From: Euglena gracilis
Lineage: Eukaryota
Length of the DNA stretch: 64,000 nucleotides
Direction of reading: 5' to 3'
Assembly (NCBI GenBank): GCA_039621445.1
Contig: CP154954.1
Location: forward strand, 14,240,387-14,304,386
The notes under the pieces: model-generated
The model's input: the letters and a program-made list of their open reading frames with translations, nothing else
What the model was told of the DNA's origin: nothing
The model's database searches: none
Position numbers and translations under genes: made by a program
Shown: in pieces, positions 39,399-54,692 of the stretch
Numbering within the stretch: the stretch's first letter is position 1
Layout of the letters: the number at the start of each line of letters is the position of its first letter

Positions 39399-40392
39399 AT
39401 GCATCAATATATGAGTATACACACATGTCAACGTGCAATATATGATGTTGGATGAGCAACACTTCAGGTGAAAAAATGTGTCATGCTGAAGTGAGTGGGC
39501 AGGGCTGGTTACGAAACGCCGTGCTGTCTCCCTGCGACCAAGCCACGTCACGTGCCACCCACGGTCTTTGACACACGCAGTCATAGGCAGGCTTGGCAAA
39601 TAAACTTTTCTTGGCTGTTGAAAAAAAGTATACCAGCCACCTCATCGGTACTTTCAAACCAATACAGCCAGAATTCGCATAAACAAACAACCACTTCAAA
39701 TGAAATTCGTTCGCTGATTTGCAGAAAAACCCTTTTCCTGAAAATATCCAGTCCAGTTTTTCTTGGGACGTCTGTGTGTATATTTCTTTTTGCGGGTTTG
39801 TTCAATAAACCCATTACCCAACACCCGAGGAAAAGAAAAAAGGTGCGGCCAACCAGATTGACCTCTTTTTTTTGAAGACGTTGGCCCAATTACAGATCGC
39901 ACTTCGACCCAGGTGGACCCAAATCTCTCACATGAGCGCAGCACAAAAGTCGAGCTTTAGCCCGGACGAAACCCCTGCCCCATTTACACCGACGGGTCGG
40001 TACGTCGCTTTCATATTCCTTGAAATCCTGGGGCCCCCGGCCCATCGCCCTGGGTGTGGTGGTGTTCCACCATTCATCTGGCATCCAATATCCGTTGTTT
40101 TTCTTCGAGGAAAGAATGTTGCTCCAATTCCCCGCGGTCTATTGTTAAGGATTTTGTTGGGCCTTGCGCAAAATAAGGCAGAATGTTAAAACACGGGTCC
40201 AAGGTGACAAGGGGGAGGCGTGCATGTAAGGAGGAGGGGGACAAAAAGCCTTGGGGGGTTCTTCAGGGGAGAGACACCTCACCTGAACCAACACGAAAAC
40301 ACCTCCCTGTTCAAAACACAGCAAGGTTTTGGGTGTTCCTGACAGGGGCAACCAATGACACGTTGTGTCTTAGAAAGGAATGCCTGTAAACA

Positions 40393-43300
40393 ACGGTGAA
40401 AGTGGCTGCAGTGCAACGAATGAGGTGCGAAGAAAGGAAACGTTCTCCTGCTATAACACATATAACAAATAGGGTGGAACAAAATGTTTTCTGGCAACCT
40501 GGGTCAGATTGCAGGTGCAAAAGTCCAGGACCAGTGGAGTGAATTCGAATGCCAATATGAAAAGCCAGCATGATGGGACAATTTGCACACAACCATAAAC
40601 ACGTGCGCACATACACACACACACAATGGAAATGGGTTTTTGGTGAGTTCGTTTCTTGGCTGGTATTCTTTCAAGAAATATTCCAAAAATTGCAAAACGG
40701 TCATTTTTGGCAAATTTTGATTTTGGGGGGTCAAATAAAAATTTTCTTCAGTCTTGTATCAAAACCACCAACAACCTGCGGACCGCCCTCGTGGGAAATT
40801 TGGACTAGCTGCAGTCCCCCCCCCAGGGTTGAACTGTGAAAACTCATGAAGAAGCGTGATCACTAGGAATTGGTTGCATTGTTCATCATCGTCCAGATCT
40901 CGACGTTTTCTCAACCCGCAACAACTTCCCATCCCTCCTGTTCAACGACCATGAATGTTCGTCTGTGACCAGGGAGGCGGTCGCAGAAACATTTATTTTT
41001 GTTTCTGACCAGGGGGGGGGGTTCGACCAGGTTATGAAATTAGTAGGCAGGGTGGTTTGAACACCTCCAGAGGGGGGAGGTTGGATTCTCTCCTGGGGGC
41101 AAAAATGCTCCTGGGGGAAAAAATGTGCGGGAAAATTTTGGGACTTGAAAAAAGCCCAAAAAATCGCGTTTTCCTATATTTTTAGTCAAAACGTACACCA
41201 ACATCCAGCAGGTGTGTTTAGAAACCTGCAATGGTTGTCTCATTAACCTGGGATATTGACTGAACGATTTGGTGAACGCAAATGTGCACACCAACCGTTT
41301 GTGCAATTGTGAACAGTGGATGCGCCAGCCAAAAATGATGAGTTTGTACATTGTACAAATGGTTATGTCATTTTTACAAACGTATGCAACATACGTACAC
41401 AACATTTCCAGGTTTCATCCTGAAGAACTGAGCATAAAAATGCAGTTCTTCAGTCCTGAAATTGTGGAACAGTCAACATTTCTGAACATTTGAATGGTTG
41501 ACGTGTGCAATTGCACACACCAACCACCCACTTCTTGTTGTTGTCTTGCGTGGCTTTCCACAGGGGAGGAACGGTCCTTTTGCCACCTGAGAGTGAGCAC
41601 CTCGCGGTGGCTGAGCGCGCGTGGAAGGCCCGGCATGCTGGAGGTGCAGTCAGGTCAAGCACCTACAGTTGACCCCAGAATTTTGCCATTTTCGGCCATT
41701 TTCGGCGATTTTTTCCTGTAGGTGGGGGTAAAGTTACCTTTAAATCCCTGCATGCCAACAATGCATTTGATCAATCATGTAAACACATCCAAGCACGTTT
41801 GGTGCTCAGGGATTAAAAATATTCAAAGAGTTTTTGTTACCATATGCAAATGCAAGGTTTTGGGAATAAGCTTCTTTTTCTGAGAGTAGATCAACTTCAA
41901 CCGGAATCCACCAAAGAAACTTTTTTTTCATTTTCGGCCATTTTTACTGTAGGAGCTTGCTGGCGGTGCAGACCGGAGGGGGGAGCGTCCCGGCCAAGTG
42001 GCAGAGGCACAACGGCGGGAGGAAGACACCGCCAGGGTGGGCCGGCAGCGCCAGCAAAGCATGGGACGCCAAAAGCGAACGGCTTAAACATTTTTATTTA
42101 AAAAAAAATGAAACACAACAAAGTTTTGCTGGCGCCCCGACAGTTTTCACAGATCCCGGTGGGGGGCATTGGAAACTTTGGAAAAGCCTTCGAAACTCAG
42201 GTCAGATTTGGGGTGCCTTTGGGTGCCCAGGCAGGCACCCCCCCCCCGGGTGGGGTCGTCACCCGACAATACAGCCTGATCTTGGTGTCAAAAAGCAAAA
42301 TGCGAGGTGAAAACCTGGGGGAGCTCCGGTGCTCCCCCATCCTCAGCTTCCAGGTCCCTTTCTGGAAAATGGCATCCCCACGCCTGGGCAAACCAGCTGC
42401 CCATCCCACCCTGGGGATGGAGGCGACCGAGGCAGAATGCGGCACACGTGCGGTGGCGAGTGAGGGGACGGCGCCTCGGGGCACCGCACTAGACGGGGGC
42501 GTCTGACTGTGTGGGCCCCATGGCGGACGGAGGAGAAGGAAAGACAAGCAGACATTTCAGACCAACTCAGGTGGGAAACAAAAGATCCAAATGCAAATGC
42601 AATCAAAAAACAGGCGGAGAGTGAGGGTGACGGGGGGGGGGTGGGAGAGGGTGGGAGAGGTCCCAGGGCGAAGGTGGGCTGGGGGATCTGTTTTGGATGC
42701 AAATAAATGAAATTTGGTATATATAAAAAAGTCGGTGAAGAGCGGGTGTTTTGAGGGCGGGTGTTATTACCTTAACTTTTCAGCTGAAAAAGGGGGTCCA
42801 GCCAGCACCTTGGCAGCCGGACTTTGGGGTCCTCAAGAAAACACTTAATACTCACACACATTTTCATTTTCCCCGTCGGTTTGAAAGGCATCCATGGCGG
42901 CTCTGTTTGAATTACTGAGATTTTCTTTATATCGCTCTTTTGCTTGCAGTTATCTTTTGCATGGCCAGGCGGAAATGTTTGTTTCATATTCAGCTAACGA
43001 CTTCCCGATAATTGGAACAAGAACAAAACAATCAAAACAATCATTGCTGGAATCACGGAAATTCGCCTGCGAAACCTCCTACCCGCGGTAGGGCACAAGC
43101 ACATTTGATGGTTCAGGGAGGTCAAATTAAAGGCGGTCAGGGGCGATTCAGGCCAGAGTCCACCCTATGGCAGGCTGGGAAGCAGCGTCATTCAGCCAGT
43201 GGCACACTTCAGATTGCAAGAGGTGTTGGTTGGTCATTGGGTGCGTAGGCGAGGGTGACTGCATGGTGCCAAAGAATCAGCAAAGCACCACCAAACGTTT

Positions 43301-46300
43301 TCTTGGGCCCAGGGGACCTCACCCTGGGCCAGCAACAACCAGCTTTGGGGCTGCAAGATGAAGCGGGGCTCGACTTGCGCCACTTCAACACCTCAATGGT
43401 GGCAAGCTTGCCGCACGGCTTCCATGGAGCGACTCCCAAAAGGAATGGGGAGAGACTTCTGCGGAAAAAAGGCTTCCGGTTCTTTTCTCCGAAGCACACC
43501 GAGCTTTGGTCTGGATTCCACTCCCCCCGGCGCTTGCGCCCCCCCCCCCCCCCGGCGTGGGTAATGTGCCGATTCTGCGCACATGTCGTAGTTTTTGAAC
43601 ATGGTGAGGGGAGCTCCCCACCACCCCCAGGCGCTTGCCCCCCATTCTCCTTACACCAATTTAGCATTTCAGCGCAACTGCAGAAGCCTGGGCTCGAAGC
43701 AGGGGAAAGCGTGGGAAGCTGTACAATTAGGTGTCAGCGGGGCGATTGGTTGATGGACGCAGGCTGAATCAGTCAAACTTGCTACTTTCAAATTCTGAAA
43801 GCCAACCCCCACTTTGTCCCAGAAATTCAGGAAATCGTACACAAAAATATTGCAAAACCCCCAAAATACCCCAAAAAAACACGAAGCCCCTCAATGGAGT
43901 CCTCCAGAAGAAAGTTGAAAAAATTTCGGGTGGATACACCATTTTCATAAGAGAACGTCGGTTTCCGACAGAAAAATGCACATTATTGAAGAAAATAGGA
44001 ATACGCAGCAAATCTGGCATAGGTCACCCAGATAAGCTTGACTTCCCCCCCGAAACTTGTAAATTCTGTAAAGCCCCCCCCTTGAGGGTCTTGAAATCCC
44101 ACCAAAATACAAAGTTGCAGGAGCATAATAATGTTCAATGAATGATGCAGCCATTGGGGGACGCTACAGCACGTTGCATGGTTCCAAATGGGTTGGAAAG
44201 GGGCCAGCCCTGTGCCAATATTCCGATACCTTGTCCTGTCACGCAGTGACAATTTATGACCCACCATCGTTGGTTGACCACTTTCCAATGAGGGAATGTG
44301 AAATGGTCTGGAATCCATAAAACGCAGGTTAATTTTTATTTCATGTATTTCCCCCCCCAAGCTGATTTGACACCAAAATGAAATCTGGAGAGTCCGAATT
44401 GGGTAAATTCTTTGAGCGCGGGTGTATGGGCTTTTTCTATGCTATGAAAGCTGGCAAACTGGAAAGTTCGGACCCCCCCTGTTCAGGGGTTCATAACACA
44501 TGGGGGGGGGTAAGTGCCTCAAAACACAAACAGGGAGTCAAACAAGAAAAAAAAGCAAAAAAAAAACAACAAATTTCACACTCTTGCAGTGCAGTTCAGT
44601 GGACACTGCACAGACAGCTGCAAACAAAGCACCTTCTGTCACCACAGGCAAAGACACGGCATCGTCAAAGTGGTTGCAGTGCAACGAATGAGGTGGGAAG
44701 GAAAATATTGTCTTACTATAACATTCAAACTAACTAGGACGGAACAAAAATGATTATTGTAAAACTTGGTCAGATTGCAAAGGTTCAGGACCAGGGGCGG
44801 CGAATCGAGTGTCAATACCCCGCCAAAAAAAAACAGCACGATGGGACGATTAGTAATGAAAAATGAGGAACTGTAATAATCGGGCGGTCTGGCAGCGGCG
44901 GCCAGGCTTCTTTATAAGTCAGAAGACCCCCCCGGGGGGAGAGGGGTTGGGTGGGTGGGTCCGGGCCGGACCCTGACAACTTCCTATCATGACAGGTTGG
45001 CCGGTACCGGGGACCCTGACAGTTTCCCGGGCATTCCTGGGTGGGGGGGGGGGTAGGCCGGCAGCGGCGGCTTAGAATGGGACAGAAAAAACGAGCCGCG
45101 GTTTCAACATTTCATTTCCAAACACCACAAAATTTGCTGTCGCCCCGTCAGTTTCCACAGACAGTGTGGGGGGGACTGGAAACCCGAGGGGAGATTGGGA
45201 GACCTGAGGGGGAAGCCGATCCCACTTCACTTCACATCAAAAATAATTTGCCTGAGTTGGAAATGCAAAAGAAGCAATTCTGTCGATAGGAGTGGATGTT
45301 TGGGGGACAGAAACTTAAAACACGACGTGTAATACATTTTGATGTGGAGAAAAATGCAACAAGTGTTCAACAAAAGATTCAGACAGTGAGGTTGCATGGT
45401 TCCATGACGGGTTGGAATGGGGCCATGACGAAAGCAGCATTGTGCCAAATCTTCCGATACGTTGTCCCGTCAAAGCAGTGACGGCACATGCCTGAACCTG
45501 GAAGGTTCGGACCCCCTGTTCATTGGGCAAGCGGATTCATTACACATGGGGGGGGGTAAGCAACGCACAAACAGAGGGTCAAACAAAACAACAACAGTCA
45601 AACAAACGACAAAAGCAAAAGCCACGTTTTGAATACACTCTCACCAGTGGAGAGGGTTGGAGTGCAGTTCAGTTGACACTGCACAGACACCCACAAACAA
45701 CGCACCCTCCGTGACCACAGGCAAAGGCATGGCACGGTGAAAGTGGCTGCAGTGCAACGAATGAGGTGCGAAGGAAGGAAACGTTCTCCTTCTATAACAC
45801 ATATAACAAGTAGGGTGGAACAAGATGATTTCTGACAACCTGGGTCAGATTGCAGGTGCAAAAGTCCAGGACCAGTGGAGTGAAATCGAATGCCAATATG
45901 AAAAGCCAGCATGATGGGACAATTTGCACACAACCATAAACACGTGCGCACATACACACACACACAATGGAAATGGGTTTTTGGTGAGTTCGTTTCTTGG
46001 CTGGTATTCTTTCAAGAAATATTCCAAAAATTGCAAAACGGTCATTTTTGGCAAATTTTGATTTTGGGGGGTCAAATAAAAATTTTCTTCAGTCTTGTAT
46101 CAAAACCACCACCAACCTGCGGACCGCCCTCGTGGGAAATTTGGACTAGCTGCAGTCCCCCCCCCAGGGTTGAACTGTGAAAACTCATGAAGAAGCGTGA
46201 TCACTAGGAATTGGTTGCATTGTTCATCATCGTCCAGATCTCGACGTTTTCTCAACCCGCAACAACTTCCCATCCCTCCTGTTCAACGACCATGAATGTT

Positions 46301-49300
46301 CGTCTGTGACCAGGGAGGCGGTCGCAGAAACATTTATTTTTGTTTCTGACCAGGGGGGGGGGTTCGACCAGGTTATGAAATTAGTAGGCAGGGTGGTTTG
46401 GACACCTCCAGAGGGGGGAGGTTGGATTCTCTCCTGGGGGCAAAAATGCTCCTGGGGGAAAAAATGTGCGGGAAAATTTTGGGACTTGAAAAAGGCCCAA
46501 AAATCGCGTTTTCCTATATTTTTAGTCAAAACGTACACCAACATCCAGCAGGTGTGTTTAGAAACCTGCAATGGTTGTCTCATTAACCTGGGATATTGAC
46601 TGAACGATTTGGTGAACGCAAATGTGCACACCAACCGTTTGTGCAATTGTGAAAAGTGGATGCGCCAGCCAAAAATGATGAGTTTGTACATTGTACAAAT
46701 GGTTATGTGATTGTTACAAATGTATGCATATTCAGAGGTATTTGCAGAATTTAAATACATATAAAGGACCAGCCTGCACGCCTAAATTTGAACAACGGCA
46801 ATCGAAGCTGTGAAAAACCATTTCTTAGCCCCTGGAACAACAAATACACAACATTTCCAGGTTTCATCCTGAAGAACTGAGCATAAAAATGCAGTTCTTC
46901 AGTCCTGAAATTGTGGAACAGTCAACATTTCTGAACATTTGAATGGTTGACGTGTGCAATTGCACACACCAACCACCCACTTCTTGTTGTTGTCTTGCGT
47001 GGCTCTCCACAGGGGAGGAAAGGTCCTTTTGCCACCTGAGAGTGAGCACCTCGCGGTGGCTGAGCGCGCGTGGAAGGCCCGGCACGCTGGAGGTGCAGTC
47101 AGGTCAAGCACCTACAGTTGACCCCAGAATTTTGCCATTTTCGGCCATTTTCGGCGATTTTTTCCTGTAGGTGGGGGTAAAGTTACCTTTAAATCCCTGC
47201 ATGCCAACAATGCATTTGATCATTCATGTAAACACATCCAAGCACGTTTGGTGCTCAGGGATTAAAAATATTCAAAGAGTTTTTGTTACCATATGCAAAT
47301 GCAAGGTTTTGGGAATAAGCTTCTTTTTCTGAGAGTAGATCAACTTCAACCGGAATCCACCAAAGAAACTTTTTTTTCATTTTCGGCCATTTTTACTGTA
47401 GGAGCTTGCTGGCGGTGCAGACCGGAGGGGGGAGCGTCCCGGCCAAGTGGCAGAGGCACAACGGCGGGAGGAAGACACCGCCAGGGTGGGCCGGCAGCGC
47501 CAGCAAAGCATGGGACGCCAAAAGCGAACGGCTTAAACATTTTTATTTAAAAAAAATGAAACACAACAAAGTTTTGCTGGCGCCCCGACAGTTTTCACAG
47601 ATCCCGGTGGGGGGCATTGGAAACTTTGGAAAAGCCTTCGAAACTCAGGTCAGATTTGGGGTGCCTTGGGGTGCCCAGGCAGGCACCCCCCCCCCCGGGT
47701 GGGGTCGTCACCCGACAATACAGCCTGATCTTGGTGTCAAAAAGCAAAATGCGAGGTGAAAACCTGGGGGAGCTCCGGTGCTCCCCCATCCTCAGCTTCC
47801 ATGGTCCCTTTCTGGAAAATGGCATCCCCACGCCTGGGCAAACCAGCTGCCCATCCCACCCTGGGGATGGAGGCGACCGAGGCAGAATGCGGCACACGTG
47901 CGGTGGCGAGTGAGGGGACGGCGCCTCGGGGCACCGCACTAGACTGGGGGGCGTCTGACTGTGTGGGCCCCATGGCGGACGGAGGAGAAGGGAAGACAAG
48001 CAGACATTTCAGACCAACTCAGGTGGGAAACAAAAGATCCAAATGCAAATGCAATCAAAAAACAGGCGGAGAGTGAGGGTGACGGGAGGGGGGGGGGTGG
48101 GAGAGGGTGGGAGAGGTCCCAGGGCGGAGGTGGGCTGGGGGATCTGTTTTGGATGCAAATAAATGAAATTTGGTATATATAAAAAAGTCGGTGAAGAGCG
48201 GGTGTTTTGAGGGCGGGTGTTATTACCTTAACTTTTCAGCTGAAAAAGGGGGTCCAGCCAGCACCTTGGCAGCCGGACTTTGGGGTCCTCAAGAAAACAC
48301 TTAATACTCACACACATTTTCATTTTCCCCGTCGGTTTGAAAGGCATCCATGGCGGCTCTGTTTGAATTACTGAGATTTTCTTTATATCGCTCTTTTGCT
48401 TGCAGTTATCTTTTGCATGGCCAGGCGGAAATGTTTGTTTCATATTCAGCTAACGACTTCCCGATAATTGGAACAAGAACAAAACAATCAAAACAATCAT
48501 TGCTGGAATCACGGAAATTCGCCTGCGAAACTTCCTACCTGCGGTAGCTCATCAGCACATTTGATGGTTCAGGGAGGTCAAATCAAAGGCGGTCAGGGGC
48601 GATTCAGGCCAGAGTCCACCCTATGGCAGGCTGGGAAGGAGAGTCATTCAGCCAGTGGCACACTTCAGATTGCAGGACGTGTGCCCCCCCGAAGCAAACA
48701 ATAACGTCAGCGGTATCGGTTACCATTTCAATGCTCAAATGCAGAGAGGTAGGTTGGTCATTGGGTGCGTAGGCGAGGGTGACTGCATTGTGCCAAAGAA
48801 TCAGCAAAGCACCACCAAACGTTTTCTTGGGCCCAGGGGACCTCACCCTGGGCCAGCAACAACCAGCTTCGGGGCTGCAAGATGAAGCGGGGCTCGACTT
48901 GCGCCACTTCAACACCTCTATGGTGGCAAGCTTGCCGCACGGCTTCCATGGAGCGACTCCAAAAGGAATGGGGAGAGACTTCTGCGGAAAAAAGGCTTCC
49001 GGTTTTTTCTCCGAAGCACACCGAGCTTTGGTCTGGATTCCACTCACCCCGGCGCTTGCGCCCCCCCCCCCCCCGGCGTGGGTAATGTGCCGATTCTGCG
49101 CACATGTCGTAGTTTTTGAACATGGTGAGGGGAGCTCCCCACCACCCCCAGGCGCTTGCCCCCCATTCTCCTTACACCAATTTAGCATTTCAGCGCAACT
49201 GCAGAAGCCTGGGCTCGAAGCAGGGGAAAGCGTGGGAAGCTGTACAATTAGGTGTCAGCGGGGCGATTGGTTGATGGACGCAGGCTGAATCAGTCAAACT

Positions 49301-50433
49301 TGCTACTTTCAAATTCTGAAAGCCAACCCCATCTTTGTCCCAGAAATTCAGGAAGTCGTACACAAAAATATTGCAAAACCCCCAAAATACCCCAAAAAAA
49401 CACGAAGCCCCTCAATGGAGTCCTCCAGAAGAAAGTTGAAAAAATTTCGGGTGGATACACCATTTTCATCAGAGAACGTCCGTTTCCGACAGAAAAATGC
49501 ACATTATTGAGGAAAATAGGAATACGCAGCAAATCTTGCATCCCAGTCACCCAAGTCACCCAAGTCACCTCACCCAGATAAGCTTGACTTCCCCCCCCCG
49601 AAACTTGTAAATTCTGTAAAGCCCCCCCCTTGAGGGTCTTGAAATCCCACCAAAATACAAAGTTGCAGGAGCATAATAGTGTTCAATGAATGATGCAGCC
49701 ATTGGGGGACGCTACAGCACGTTGCATGGTTCCAAATGGGTTGGAAAGGGGCCAGCCCTGTGCCAATATTCCGATACCTTGTCCTGTCACGCAGTGACAA
49801 TTTATGACCCACCATCGTTGGTTGACCACTTTCCAATGAGGGAATGTGAAATGGTCTGGAATCCATAAAACACAGGTTAATTTTTATTTCATGTATTTCC
49901 CCCCCCCCCAAGCTGATTAGACACCAAAATGAAATCTGGAGAGTCCGAATTGGGTAAATTCTTTGAGCGCGGGTGTATGGGCTTTTTCTATGCCACGAAA
50001 GCTGACAAACTGGAAGGTTCGGACCCCCCCTGTTCAGGGGTTCATAACACATGGGGGGGGGTAAATGCCTCAAAACACAAACAGGGAGTTAAACAAGAAA
50101 AAAAAGAAAAAAACAACAAATTTCACACTCTTGCAGTGCAGTTCAGTGGACACTGCACAGACAGCTGCAAACAAAGCACCTTCTGTCACCACAGGCAAAG
50201 ACACGGCATCGTCAAAGTGGTTGCAGTGCAACGAATGAGGTGGGAAAGAAAATATTGTCTTACTATACCATACAAACTAACTAGGACGGAACAAAAAATG
50301 ATTATTGTAAAACTTGGTCAGATTGCAAAGGTTCAGGACCAGGGGCGGCGAATCGAGTGCCAATACCAAAAAAAAAACAGCACGATGGGACGATTTGTAA
50401 TTAAAATGAGGAACTGTAATAATCGGGCGGTCT
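40393..50433. repeat. Cluster 2 of the macro-repeat: tandem copies 40393-45733 and 45734-50433
   Basis: Both units start ACGGTGAAAGTGGCTGCAGTGC. The offset is 5341 and rises to ~5450 and above after indels. Confidence 0.95.
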
Positions 50434-53400
50434 GAAAAATCGCCACTGGAAAAGCTACTAACTGGACCCCTCTCTCCTGGGAGGTCCGTGGTGCGGGTCC
50501 CCCAATCTCCCCCAACTGGCCCTCATGTCTTGCTGGGCTGTCTTTGGGCGCAGCACCGGAGGAAAATTTTTCGCTACTTTTGAAACCAGCCAAGGATGGG
50601 GGGTGGGGGTCTGGCCACTCCCTCCCAACATCTGGGGGGTGGCACGTCACCCCCAGGAAGGTCTGGACCCTCCCACCACCTACTCAAAGCTGAAGGACTT
50701 CCCATCTATCCCTGCTGGATCCACTAGCTAGCCATTTTGCAAGCCACCAGAAACCAAATTTGGCTTGGGCCCAGGGGGATCCGCTTGCAGGTTGGTGGTG
50801 GTTTTGTTACAAGTGACCTGCTCGAAGCACCGGAATTTTTTTATTTGACCCCCCCCAAAACTTGCCAAAACTGCCCGTTTTGCATATATTTGGAACTTTT
50901 TAATGGAACAAAACTAGCCAAAGTACAAAATGACCATTTCCAACTGGGGAGCACAGTGATGCCTGCTCCTGGGCATCCTCTCGACTAAAATCCCTGTTTT
51001 CACCTCCGCGTCTTGGGGCACCCCATCACATCTTGTTCACATTTTCGGTTTTTAGGGGTTATATCATGTCATTTTCATAAAAGATGTCTGAAAGATGTCA
51101 ATGTGCGCAATTGTGCACATCAACAAAGAAAAAAATCTCAAGTGCGAGATGTCCCGCCTGAGTTTTTTGGGTCGATTTTCGGTAAATAAAAACCGATTTT
51201 CCTTCGAAATACATCAAGAAAAACAAAAGAAAATGTCCACAATCCAGAAATGACGCCCTCGAATGCCCTATCCAACAATGTTTTACTGAACCCAAACTCT
51301 TCGTGCAGCCCAAATTACAGCCATTTTCCGGCCAATTTTGCCTGTTTCTGGGGCCATCTTGGGCTGTTTTCGGGGCCGAAATATCGAGGTTTCAAAAATA
51401 TCTTGGAAATGAAGCAAAATCAAAGGAAATATCCGGAGACCTAAATTGAAGCCCTTGGAACGCTTTATCTAATGATATTTTGACTTCCCCATAAATCCCC
51501 ACCTAGCGCGAGATATGACCAACTTACGGACCAAAACAGCGTGGCAGGGTTCCTTCGTTTTCGGCCATTTCGGGGCTTAAAAAAAAGCAGCGAACGGAAA
51601 AATTCTTTTTTTGCCCAGAGCCATGTTTATTGGCCAAAAAGCTGTTTTCCAGGGGTAAATGAACGCTTTTCGACCCGCCAGCTTCCCAGCATCTTGGGTC
51701 ATTTCCGGGTCAAAAAAGTTGAATAAAACTCCAGGTCCAAAATGTCGAAAAGAATCGAAAAAAAATTGCCCAAGACAATCTTTTTGGGCCTCGCGGACCC
51801 AGGCCAGGCCGGGCTGCCAGTCCGGCCGCCGGGGTGCCAGCCGGGCAGGGCCGGGCTGCCGGGCCGCCAGGTTGCCGGACGGGCCGGCCGCCGGGCTTCC
51901 AGGCCGGGAAAGCGGTGGGCTGCCAGGCCGGGCTACCGGCCGTGCCACCAGACCGGGCCAGGCTGCTGGGCCTGGCCACAAGCCTCAAACATTTGCTGCA
52001 GCAATGGCAACGTCAGGCACGTAAGGGGCTCAGCACTGCACAAAACCTGGTTAATACCCCGGGGTCCACAGACAAGTGGGGAACCCGGAACGGCGAAAAC
52101 TTCGACACATGTGAACCACGTCATGATTGAATGAAAGGTGGGGGGCAACCTTAGGGGGCCAACTTTGTACGTTTAGAAATTTGGTGGGCCTGGGGATGAG
52201 GCGCCCTTCGGCTTAAGCGGCTCCCTGCTTGGAATGCGAGAGACACCTCGTCAAACAAAATACGGAGTGAATAGACGTGGGTCATGGGTCACGGGTGAGG
52301 AGATGGGGTGTTTACGTCAGGCGTGGGCACGGCAACAGCAACCAGGTCACGGGGTCTTAGGCGGAGACTGAATGACAGCTGCAAGCCTCGCATCGCTATT
52401 GAGAGGTGGTCAATAAGACAACAATCAGAGCATGGGGCACCATTTGTTGCGATCCATAATTATCCGTAATTATTTGGAATTGCAACAGTGACTGCGCCGA
52501 CTGGGGAGATCCACCCAGAAATTGCTGCAACCAATGAAAACAGAAAGATTGATCGTAATATCGCTTCAGAAATGCCAACAACAAGGAAAATGTCACTGAA
52601 AAATGACCGAGTCAGCCAGAATCAGCCAGAAAGTAATGGCAGAAGTAACAAAGCAGCCAAAAAAAAAAGATGCACAAAACACTAAACCAAGTAAAAAAAA
52701 TAGCCAAATGGCTGAATGACAATCACAAAAATGGCTGTGAGCGGCCTTTTTTCCAGCCGGAGGCTGGACCCCCCCGGGGTCCTTAAGAAATCCCCTGTGT
52801 GGGAAATTGACTTTGGGGATGCCCACCCGGCAGTGCCGGCACTGCGTGGCACTGCGTGTGGCACTGCGTGTGGCACTGCGTGGCACTGCGTGGGCACTGC
52901 GTGGCACTGCGTGGCACTGCGTCACACTGCGTGGCACTGCGGGCCCTTAAAACTAGTTTTTGCATCATTGGACCTTTAGGGCCATCAAGGGCAATTGTGG
53001 TTGTTTTGTGCAACTTTTTGCCTTTTTGGGCCAATTTGCCACATCTGGCTAGAAATGTCGAACACACGTCATGTGTTTGGTTTGGATGCTGGTTCACATA
53101 ATAAAATGCACATACCCATATGCAGAAAGTTTCTATGCTTTTAATTCATGAATGGGATGTTCAGTTTTGGAACATTTGGTCCATCACCTGGTGAACTTCA
53201 CCCATGTCACGATGCAGAAAAATCTACGAAACTAAAAAAAAATATACAACAACCATCACAAACTTTGAATACTGTCTTTAGGGGATTGCCGAATGGTCTG
53301 GGAATTTCTTGCAAATAAGGATGACTTCTTTGAAGCATTTGGCTTGTGTGATATTTGGCCAAAATGCTTGGGACAAGGCCCAATCTTCTGCAAAGCTCGT

Positions 53401-54692
53401 GCTCCTTTGCGTCTCCACGAATCTCGCAAACAGTTGGATCAAGACAACTGGCGGGATTACTGTACACATCACAACTCATGAAGAGATTTCTTGAGAGAGA
53501 CTTTTTCTTGAGAAACACCCTTCAAACAATATATACAGCGTAACAAGGCGCAGAGCACCAAAAAATGAGCACCTCAGGTTTCCTCAAAACTGAAATCAAA
53601 AAAAACTGCAAAAAACTGCACGTGTGTAGTTTTTTTTCAGAAAAAAAAAGCTGCAAAAAACTGCAAAAAAACTGCAAAAAACTGCAAAAACCCCAAAATG
53701 TGAAAACTGCAAAAAACTGCAAAAACTGCACGGTGCATATTTTGCCCCTCCCTGTAAACGGCCCGCAGTGCCACGCAGTGCCACGCGGTGCCATGCAGTG
53801 CCACGCAGTGCCGGCACTGCGGGGTGGGCATCCCCATTATATATGAATCATATGTTACAGAACCAGAAGCCAGGCTCCTTGTCTTGTGGCTGAGGTTGAA
53901 GATCAGCTATCACGAGGGGGGAGGTTCTACTACAACCTTGGAGCAAAAAGGCTCCAAGGAACTGGTCCGCAGCGTGGTGTGCTCCTGCTCCATTTCACCG
54001 GTCTCATTCTTGGAACATATATCAAATAAACACCGTGGTACACGGAGTTATCTGGACTTCCGTTCTTCTCCACTCTCCTCTGGATTGAAAATATCTGGTA
54101 TTATAATTTCAGGGGGGACCTTTGTCCAATTATCAACTTTCAACATTCACAAATATCGCCACGTCGACTGCTCCTGTGTTCTATGAATGTACTTTTGTGT
54201 GCGAGGTATGCATATAAAAACGGTGAAAAGAGGCGCTGGTTCGCTTGGGTTAATTTCAAATTAAAAACAGCGACAATCTGGGAAATTATTGCTTCAGGAT
54301 GGCCTTTGTTTGGAAACGTGAGGTGAACATTACTGTGTGGCCCCCTCGTTCTGCAGCGTCTGGGCTGTTTGTGACAAAGGCTGACTGGCAACAACAGGGC
54401 AGGGCAAACGTTCCTCCCTCCCTCTCACCCAGCGGACTTCGCAATTACTCAGTTGCATCAGTATTCCACGGCGATGGACTGAGTGGAAAAAAAAAATGAC
54501 CTGCTGCAGCAGCAACGGCACAAATAAAGGTTCTGTTGACAGGCAACAGACAAGGATGGAAAATGGACGAAATCATATTTTGTTCCTAACTCAGAACCGA
54601 ATAACAAGCAAACTATATATTGGGAGAATTGGGAGCTGTGAGTTGCAAAATGACATGCCCTAGGAATATTTGGTTGATTCGTGTCAGAGGAT

